From: an uncultured virus (IMG/VR IMGVR_UViG_3300037466_002257)
Taxonomy: Duplodnaviria > Heunggongvirae > Uroviricota > Caudoviricetes
Reading direction: 5' to 3' (one strand)
IMG/VR virus record: IMGVR_UViG_3300037466_002257
DNA length: 64,000 bases
This document shows positions 58,030-64,000 of this stretch, in pieces (position 1 is the stretch's first letter; the number at the start of each line of letters is the position of its first letter). Position numbers and translations under genes: made by a program. Under the pieces are notes generated by a model. The model ran no database searches and was not told the origin of the DNA. It worked only from the letters and a program-made list of their open reading frames with translations.

Positions 58030-58415
58030 CGCTTCCACCTTTCGTTTCGGAATCGTTGTTGGTCCTTGTGCACGACGACGATCTCCAGCTCGATGTCCTT
58101 CGTGCCCTGCGACATCTCGTAGCCGTAGATGGCCCAGCGCTTGTAGCGCTCGACGAAGTCGGCCAGCCCGAGGGCTTTGGCGTCGGCGCTGCCGGGGCGC
58201 ACGAGCTTGCCCCGCCAGTAGTAGCCCATGCTGGCCTCGCCGTAGCACATGGGAGCGTCGCTGTCGGGGCGAAAGCCCTTGGGCTCGTTCTCGTAGCTCA
58301 CGAGCGTGGACCAGCAGCAGACCCTGCCGGGGTTGGCCGGGTCCTCCAGCGGGAACAGGGCAAGGCCCTGCTTGCCATAGTCGCGCACGACGACGTGTTC
58401 GGTGAACTTCTTCAT
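58026..58415 (-). CDS. Hypothetical protein
   Basis: 129 aa, LALFP...GEASMGYY. Confidence 0.6.
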   Translation of the reverse strand: MKKFTEHVVVRDYGKQGLALFPLEDPANPGRVCCWSTLVSYENEPKGFRPDSDAPMCYGEASMGYYWRGKLVRPGSADAKALGLADFVERYKRWAIYGYEMSQGTKDIELEIVVVHKDQQRFRNERWKR

Positions 58416-58588
58416 GGTCGGTTCTTCCTTTCTTGCGCAGCCGCCCGCAGGCGCTCGTGGGCCTCCACGAGCTGCCCCGAGCCGACGCATGTGTGGACGC
58501 CGTTCTTGTGCTGCTTGGGCCGCAAGCCGTTCTTCGTGAGTTCGACCTGCTTGCCGCACCACGCGCACTTAACCGTCTTGGCGGCCAT
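58412..58588 (-). CDS. Small zinc-binding protein
   Basis: CAWCG...H...CVGSG. Confidence 0.5.
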   Translation of the reverse strand: MAAKTVKCAWCGKQVELTKNGLRPKQHKNGVHTCVGSGQLVEAHERLRAAAQERKNRP

Positions 58589-59001
58589 CACAGCCACTTG
58601 TGTTCGAGGGCGTAGCCGCCGTCGGAATCCGGCTGGCCGTTGCGCGTGCCGTGCGGCTCGGGCGTACCGTTCGGCCACATGGCTTGTCCGAGCCGGTAGA
58701 CCAGCTCGAAGCCCATGTCCATCCCGGCGCCCGACATCACAAGGCCCTCCTCGTAGGACTTCCACGACTGGCCGCTGCCGCCGTAGCGCGTCACCGTCTT
58801 GCGCTTGGCGATGCCGATAGCCTCGACCAGGCCGTCCAACTGGAAGGGCCGCACCTTCTTGCAGTGCTCGTCGTACACCAGCGCGATCAGGCTGATGCGG
58901 CGCGACATGTTGCCGCGCGAGACGTGGCGCACGATGGTGTAGATCGTGTCGTTCGGCTTGAGCACCTCGTGCAGGCGCTTCATGGCTTCGTCTTTCTTCA
59001 T
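58588..59001 (-). CDS. Conserved phage-type hypothetical protein
   Basis: IYTIVRHVSR.NMSR...GAGMDMGF. Confidence 0.7.
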   Translation of the reverse strand: MKKDEAMKRLHEVLKPNDTIYTIVRHVSRGNMSRRISLIALVYDEHCKKVRPFQLDGLVEAIGIAKRKTVTRYGGSGQSWKSYEEGLVMSGAGMDMGFELVYRLGQAMWPNGTPEPHGTRNGQPDSDGGYALEHKWL

Positions 59002-59031
59002 GTCAAAGATCCTTTCTGGCCGTGTGGCCGT

Positions 59032-59451
59032 TCACTCGTCGAAATAGAACCAGCCTGCGTGCTGGTAGTGGTAGCACTCGCCGACCTTCTTCGCCTCCTC
59101 GGTGAGCAAGTCACCCAGGCTCGGGTTGCCGACGCGCAGCGGCTCGCGGTCCCAAAAGCCCACGCCGTGCCCCTGCCGCGTCAGCCAGAAGTCGTGACCG
59201 AAGGCGGCCTCGGCGCTGCCAGCGTCGGGGTGCGTGCCGTAGCCGTGCTCGAAGCGCTCCATCGCCTTCGTGAAGAGGCCGCCCGCGTCCTCGCACTGGC
59301 GCATGAACTTCTCGCAGGCTTCGCGGGCCGTGGCCTTCTGTTTGTTGTCGCACCTTGGGTTGGTGCCCTCCTCGCAGTCGGCCCACAGCGCCGCGATGAT
59401 GTAGTGGCGGGTGACGATGTCCACCTGCTCATCCCATGTGCTCTTGCTCAT
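59032..59451 (-). CDS. Conserved phage-type hypothetical protein
   Basis: GHDFWLTRQGHGVGFWDR. Confidence 0.7.
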   Translation of the reverse strand: MSKSTWDEQVDIVTRHYIIAALWADCEEGTNPRCDNKQKATAREACEKFMRQCEDAGGLFTKAMERFEHGYGTHPDAGSAEAAFGHDFWLTRQGHGVGFWDREPLRVGNPSLGDLLTEEAKKVGECYHYQHAGWFYFDE

Positions 59452-59453
59452 GG

Positions 59454-59750
59454 TCAGGCGCTCAGCGTGAAAGTGATCTCGCCGCCGTCGTGCTTCTCGG
59501 CCACGAGGTGCGGTGCACCCTTGTCCACGCACACCCACGTCATCTGACCGGGACCGCTCCAGCCGCCGACGTAGTGGCCGTCCCACTTCATCTTGCGCAT
59601 CAGCGCCTCGCACGCCTTCGCGTGCCGCGCATCGTCGTTCGAGCCGTAGTCGTAAGGAACGGTCGCCTCGTTGCCGTCGTGGTCGCTCGCCTTCATGCGA
59701 GCGCCCCGGACGTTGCCCGGTGAGAGGTACTTCGTTGTGATGCTCTTCAT
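59454..59750 (-). CDS. Conserved phage-type hypothetical protein
   Basis: ITTKYLSPGNVRGARMKA. Confidence 0.7.
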   Translation of the reverse strand: MKSITTKYLSPGNVRGARMKASDHDGNEATVPYDYGSNDDARHAKACEALMRKMKWDGHYVGGWSGPGQMTWVCVDKGAPHLVAEKHDGGEITFTLSA

Positions 59751-59772
59751 GCAAAGCTCCTTTCTGTCACGC

Positions 59773-60231
59773 TCAGGTGACGTTGACGTGGATGAACCGG
59801 TGTTTCGCAAGCACCCGCCCCAGCTCCAGCGACGGCTCGGGCGGCAGCAGAAAGATGGCGTGCTGCGCGTGGTCCACGAGGAACACGTCGAGCGCGGCCA
59901 GGTACTTCTGCGGGTACTCGATCTGCCGGTCGAAGCAGACGATGCCCACCGGCTTGAGCGGCATCGGCGCGTTCATGAACTTGACGCTCGTGAGGTACGC
60001 GCCCTTCCAGCCGCCGTCCCACCAGCGGTGCATGTTCGCGGCCGGGCCGATCACGAGCGCTTGCGGCGTCTCGCCTGCCGCCTGCTGGTAGTTGACCTCC
60101 TCGGTCATGTACGCGGCCATGATGCGGTAGACGTAGGCCTGCGCAGCGTTCGACACGTTCAGGCACCAGCGGGCCGGGCCGGTGCCGCGCAGCGCTTGCA
60201 CGAGCTTCTGTTCGGTCGGATAGAGGTTCAC
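59773..60231 (-). CDS. Hypothetical protein
   Basis: 152 aa, GTGA overlap. Confidence 0.6.
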   Translation of the reverse strand: MNLYPTEQKLVQALRGTGPARWCLNVSNAAQAYVYRIMAAYMTEEVNYQQAAGETPQALVIGPAANMHRWWDGGWKGAYLTSVKFMNAPMPLKPVGIVCFDRQIEYPQKYLAALDVFLVDHAQHAIFLLPPEPSLELGRVLAKHRFIHVNVT

Positions 60232-60596
60232 AGCAGGGCCTCCATGCGCATCGCGTTGAACGCGTTGATCTGGTGGCGCAAGGCGGTGACCTCGTCGGGG
60301 CGCATCGGGAACTCGCTCGCGGGGCCGTGCGCGATGCTCGCGAAGCGGATCGCGGCGTCCTGCACCGCCGCGAAGATGGCCCGCTCCGGATCGGGGCCGA
60401 AGCGCAACCAGCGGATCACGTAGCCGTCGTGGCCGACGCGCCGCACGGCCGTCAGGTTGCGCTCGGCGAGCCAGGTGATGATGCCGGGCGGCAGGGCGCC
60501 GTGCAGCAGGCCCACGTCCCAGGTGTCGCGGCCTTCCCATTCGCCGACGGAGAAGCGGCATTGCGGGAAGGCCTGCATGAGGCGGTAGAGGATCAT
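60228..60596 (-). CDS. Hypothetical protein
   Basis: 122 aa, SD GAAAGGA. Confidence 0.6.
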   Translation of the reverse strand: MILYRLMQAFPQCRFSVGEWEGRDTWDVGLLHGALPPGIITWLAERNLTAVRRVGHDGYVIRWLRFGPDPERAIFAAVQDAAIRFASIAHGPASEFPMRPDEVTALRHQINAFNAMRMEALL

Positions 60597-60823
60597 TGCG
60601 GAAGTTCCTTTCGCAGGTGGGGGTTGCCGTCCAGCCATTCGTTCAGCGCCTGCACGCGCTTCTCGGACATGTGCAGGTCGAACTTCTGGCGCTCGATGGA
60701 CGCCTTCGTGAGCGCGATCAGCGCCTCCTCGTTCGCGAGCATCTCCGCAAGGAGTTGCTTGAACGACTTGCGCGGGTGCAGCCTTTCGAGCCAGCGGTCG
60801 ATGAAGGTGGTCTTGAAGAACAT
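60593..60823 (-). CDS. Hypothetical protein
   Basis: 76 aa coiled-coil-like, SD AGAAAGGA. Confidence 0.6.
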   Translation of the reverse strand: MFFKTTFIDRWLERLHPRKSFKQLLAEMLANEEALIALTKASIERQKFDLHMSEKRVQALNEWLDGNPHLRKELPQ

Positions 60824-60873
60824 TGTTCTTGTTCCTTTCTGGCGTGACGCCGTTGATGCCCTCGAATGGGCGC

Positions 60874-61131
60874 TTACAGTTTCTTCAGGTCGTACTCGAC
60901 TTCGTCGAGCAGTTCTTTCGTGCTGTGCAGCGTGTCGTCGCGCACGGCCGTCAGGATCACCGTGCGCTCGTCCAGCCTGCCGTCGCTGCCGGGGTGCGAG
61001 GCGCGGGCGATGTACCAGCCGTTGCTGCGCAGGTACTCGACCACGTCGTCGCGCTTCTCGCGCGGCAGCGTCACCGTGATCTGCTCGACCAGCTTGGCCT
61101 TGACGGAGATGGGGAAAGTGCCTTTCGGCAT
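60874..61131 (-). CDS. Hypothetical protein
   Basis: 85 aa, SD AGAAAGGA. Confidence 0.6.
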   Translation of the reverse strand: MPKGTFPISVKAKLVEQITVTLPREKRDDVVEYLRSNGWYIARASHPGSDGRLDERTVILTAVRDDTLHSTKELLDEVEYDLKKL

Positions 61132-61168
61132 GGAGAGTCCTTTCTGGCCTTGCGGCCGGATCGCGATT

Positions 61169-61426
61169 CTAGTGCAGCACGAGCGGGCACATCGCAAGCG
61201 CGGTGTACGCGTTCAGGTAGCTCTCGACTTCCTCCTCCGACGGCGCTTCCTGCTTCCACGCTTCGAGTTGCGCCTCGAAGGCGGTGCACAGGTCGCCGTG
61301 GAGGAAAAGCGACGCCTCGGCAACCTTGTCCACGATCTCGGCGCCCGTGCAGGCACCGCCGACCCACACGACCACGAAGCGCTCGTTGTCGAACAGCATG
61401 GACAGGGACATCTCGGCGGTGTTCAT
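61169..61426 (-). CDS. DUF3567 (BTH_I0359)-like protein
   Basis: MLFDNERFVVV...GAEIVDK...LFLHG...PSEEEVESYL...PLVLH matches the family pattern as I recall it. Confidence 0.7.
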   Translation of the reverse strand: MNTAEMSLSMLFDNERFVVVWVGGACTGAEIVDKVAEASLFLHGDLCTAFEAQLEAWKQEAPSEEEVESYLNAYTALAMCPLVLH

Positions 61427-61432
61427 GCCCTC

Positions 61433-61460
61433 ATTATTGCTGAGCAGGGGCATCCGTCAA
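61433..61460 (-). promoter_or_regulatory. Sigma70-type promoter, probably leaderless
   Basis: TTGACG-16-AATAAT, ATG 6 nt downstream, GCTCAGCA abutting -10. Confidence 0.6.
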
Positions 61461-62120
61461 TCAGGCCGTCGCCTTGGCATCCAGCCATTCGAGGGCCTTC
61501 TGCGCAATCGGCGCCTCCCAGCCGAACATCGAGGCGCCAATCGCCGAGTCGATCACGTCCTTGGGCATCGGCCCGCCGTTGAGCGTATCCACGGAGGCGC
61601 TCGTCGTGATCTTGTAGTAGCCCTTCTCGCCGCGCTTGACCGCGATGACCCTGACACCTTCGACGTGGTGCTCCAGGCTCGTGTCGCGCACATCGACGAA
61701 GATGGTGTCGGGGTTCTGGCCGCGCACGATGTTCAGCTCGGTGAACTCGCTGTTGCGCACCGCGTTCGTCTCCGGGTCCAGCTCGATGAACTGGATGCCC
61801 ACGAGCTTGTCGCCGTCCATGTAGACGTTGCGGGCCAGCTCGTTCGTCTTGGCCGCTTCGAAGATGTGGTAGACGGTGGCGCCCCAGCGGCGCGAGCCGT
61901 CGTTCATCTCGATCAGGGCCAGGTAACCCTTGATGCCGGGCTTCTGGATGCGGAAGTCGTAGGTGCGCGCGGCGTTGCGCAGCAGCATCTCGCGCACCGC
62001 GTCGCTGCCCTTGTCGAACGCGTGCCAGTCGTTCTCGTCCTTGTTGCTGTACTCGATGGGCTCGCCGCGCAGCGCAGCGTCGATCATGGGGCGCAGCTCT
62101 TCGGGGATGTCGTTCTGCAT
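61461..62120 (-). CDS. Hypothetical protein
   Basis: 219 aa; C-terminal KRGEKGYY...ASMFGWEAP. Confidence 0.7.
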   Translation of the reverse strand: MQNDIPEELRPMIDAALRGEPIEYSNKDENDWHAFDKGSDAVREMLLRNAARTYDFRIQKPGIKGYLALIEMNDGSRRWGATVYHIFEAAKTNELARNVYMDGDKLVGIQFIELDPETNAVRNSEFTELNIVRGQNPDTIFVDVRDTSLEHHVEGVRVIAVKRGEKGYYKITTSASVDTLNGGPMPKDVIDSAIGASMFGWEAPIAQKALEWLDAKATA

Positions 62121-62148
62121 GGAAGTTCCTTTCGTTGGTGGGTTGGAC

Positions 62149-62442
62149 TTACTTGCGCTTGCTGCCGCGCTTGGCCGCAGGCTTGCTGCGGGCGTTCGCA
62201 CGGAACGGGTTGAGCGAGAACTTCAGGTGGCCCTCGCCCTCGGTGCGGTAGTAGACGGCGACGCTCTTGTGCCGCTGCGCCCACATGTTGAACAGCCGCG
62301 CTTGCGGCACCGTGCAGGCGAAGACCGGCTCCTCGCCCTTGGCAAGGCGGGCGTACACGGCGTCCCAGTCGATGGCCTCGACCTTCATGGTCGGCAGCTC
62401 GAACAGCTTGTAGCTGCGGGTGATCGTTTGTGCTTGGGTCAT
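62149..62442 (-). CDS. Hypothetical protein
   Basis: 97 aa, SD GAAAGGA. Confidence 0.6.
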   Translation of the reverse strand: MTQAQTITRSYKLFELPTMKVEAIDWDAVYARLAKGEEPVFACTVPQARLFNMWAQRHKSVAVYYRTEGEGHLKFSLNPFRANARSKPAAKRGSKRK

Positions 62443-62455
62443 CTCGTTGTTCCTT

Positions 62456-62722
62456 TCATGTCTGCGGGAAGGTGTGGTTGCGGAATGCCTTCTCGAACTC
62501 CGCGTAGGTGCGCGGGTTCATGTGGATTTCGCCACGCCCCTTCATCTGGATGTAGTGGCCGTCCGGGATCAGGTTCGTCACGCCGAAGAACTCGATCATC
62601 CACGCGTTGATCTCGGCGCGGAAGTCGTCGGTCACCGGGCAGTCCGGCGAGAGCTGCATCTTTGGTCTGTCCGGCGAGACGAAAATCTTGCAGCCGTACA
62701 AGGTGCCTGGCATTTGCGGCAT
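62456..62722 (-). CDS. Hypothetical protein
   Basis: 88 aa, SD GGAGG. Confidence 0.6.
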   Translation of the reverse strand: MPQMPGTLYGCKIFVSPDRPKMQLSPDCPVTDDFRAEINAWMIEFFGVTNLIPDGHYIQMKGRGEIHMNPRTYAEFEKAFRNHTFPQT

Positions 62723-62725
62723 GCC

Positions 62726-62965
62726 CTACCTCCAGTGCTTCGCGAGCAGAAACTTCGCTCGCGTGGTTGAAATATCGGGCGGCGGCACGTACTCGGGGAC
62801 GGCCCTGCGGGCGTCACGCCGCATCATCGCGCGGTGATCCTGAGCGAAGACGACGAGGCTGTCGGGGTGCTCACGCGTCGCTGCGCGGTAGGCCTTGCGT
62901 GCCTCGTCGTAGTCCTCGCCCTTGTGGATCGTCGTCGTGTCGTTGACGGTGACGGTGAAGGTCAT
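62726..62965 (-). CDS. Hypothetical protein
   Basis: 79 aa, ATGA overlap. Confidence 0.55.
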   Translation of the reverse strand: MTFTVTVNDTTTIHKGEDYDEARKAYRAATREHPDSLVVFAQDHRAMMRRDARRAVPEYVPPPDISTTRAKFLLAKHWR

Positions 62966-63336
62966 GCGTCTCCATCCAGGCCGCACTTGAGGCAGTAGAT
63001 GCGCCCGCCGTTCTCGTCGGCCTCGCCTTCGCTCTGGTTCCACTCGTGGCGGCAGGTGAGCTGCTCCACGGTGATGCCCTGCTCGGCGGCCTGCTGTTCG
63101 AGCTTCTCGCGGTGTTCGCTGCGCTCGGCCTGGTTGCGCACCTGCGCAGCCCTCAGCAGGTCCAGGCACTTGTTGTGCCCGACGGAGAGCATGGCGCAGC
63201 GTGCGCACAGAAAGGCCTTGTACGGTTCGCCGTCGAGGTCGGCAAAGCCGTCGTCACACTTCACATCCCCACCGCAGGACGTGCAGCCCTTGGGGATGAT
63301 GTGCGACGAAGGCGGATAGATTGCTTGCAGGTTCAT
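62962..63336 (-). CDS. Cys-rich hypothetical protein
   Basis: CTSC, CARC, CRH, CLKC. Confidence 0.6.
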   Translation of the reverse strand: MNLQAIYPPSSHIIPKGCTSCGGDVKCDDGFADLDGEPYKAFLCARCAMLSVGHNKCLDLLRAAQVRNQAERSEHREKLEQQAAEQGITVEQLTCRHEWNQSEGEADENGGRIYCLKCGLDGDA

Positions 63337-63623
63337 GTGAAGTCCTTCGTGACGATGTTGCCGCCCGCGCCGCGCTTATACAACCGCACGGGCCTGCCCG
63401 CATGCCGGTCGAAGACTATGGCCTGTGCGTACTCGTCTTCCTGCAGCTCGCTGCGGGCGCAGTGCGAGGCGGCGTTGGCGAACGCGTTGACGAGTTCGTC
63501 GGTGCTGCCGGACGTGTCCTGCTTCACCGTGAAGTCGCCGACGATGTGGTAGTAGTACGTGCCGTAGCGCTTGCGGGCCTTGCGGTCACGCTTGAAGGCG
63601 AGCTTGATCGGTTGTTGTTTCAT
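63333..63623 (-). CDS. Hypothetical protein
   Basis: 96 aa, coupled overlaps. Confidence 0.6.
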   Translation of the reverse strand: MKQQPIKLAFKRDRKARKRYGTYYYHIVGDFTVKQDTSGSTDELVNAFANAASHCARSELQEDEYAQAIVFDRHAGRPVRLYKRGAGGNIVTKDFT

Positions 63624-63988
63624 TTCAGAAGGTCCTCGGGGATGTCGATCTCGACGGTCTTGGACTTGTGGTGCATCGCGACGGCGGCGCGGCACACCGC
63701 TTCGAGCGGCGTGTCGCCTTCAAGCATGTCGTCACCGAACGGCCCGGCCCGCCAGCCTTTCGGCATGCCGCTCCAGTCGGTCGTGCGAATGAGCGACATC
63801 TCGTACAGGTCGATCAGCCTGCCGCACAGGCGCCACGACTGCGTGAATCGCGTCTCGCCCGTGTCGTGGTAGCTGTTGAAGGTCTCGGGCACGAGGAACG
63901 ACTCGTGCCAGCCGCGCGACTGCACCTTGACCTGCGTCACGGCCCAGTTGAGGGCCTTGCCTTTGAGTTCGGTGACCTTGATCTTCAT
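63620..63988 (-). CDS. NinX-family (DUF2591-like) protein
   Basis: KVTELKGKALNWAV...GDTPLEAVCRA...VEIDIPEDL. Confidence 0.75.
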   Translation of the reverse strand: MKIKVTELKGKALNWAVTQVKVQSRGWHESFLVPETFNSYHDTGETRFTQSWRLCGRLIDLYEMSLIRTTDWSGMPKGWRAGPFGDDMLEGDTPLEAVCRAAVAMHHKSKTVEIDIPEDLLK

Positions 63989-64000
63989 GCTGCCTCCGTC

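Noticed and set aside
1..64000. CRISPR array, tRNA/rRNA, integrase, transposase
   Set aside because: None recognisable; the repeated motifs are dispersed, not regularly spaced
1..64000. Stop-codon reassignment
   Set aside because: Standard code gives full-length genes with dense ATGA/GTGA coupling

Overview
A 64-kb slice of a GC-rich (about two-thirds G+C by eye) tailed dsDNA phage with siphovirus-type architecture, probably infecting a betaproteobacterium (it carries a DUF3567/BTH_I0359-like gene). The + strand (1-28.9 kb) holds the terminase C-terminus, portal, a four-gene collagen-fibre cassette, an S49 protease with a nested scaffold, decoration and major capsid proteins, head-tail joining genes, tail tube, a frameshifted tail chaperone, tape measure, tail tip/fibre and lysis genes. 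The - strand (29-64 kb) holds SbcCD-like nuclease, resolvase, ThyX, ATP ligase, three-domain PolA, DksA/TraR, dNMP kinase, HAD phosphatase, two MazG-like proteins, exonuclease, a likely SSB, primase-helicase, SNF2 helicase, ParB-like protein, an orphan C5 methyltransferase and many small genes. The arms converge on a bidirectional terminator at about 28.97 kb. The most striking signal is non-coding: (A) about 50 copies of an A/T-rich palindrome AAAG-N3-CTTT in promoter spacers, over ribosome-binding sites and inside genes; (B) a GCTCANCA box at 13 of 14 predicted sigma70-type promoters; (C) an extended -35 TTGACArAwTTTCC; and (D) a covarying mini-hairpin fused to AGAAAGGA before seven small-gene-region starts. 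Together they suggest a genome-wide operator and translational control network. All motif counts were made by eye and all protein calls are from motif recognition, not database searches.
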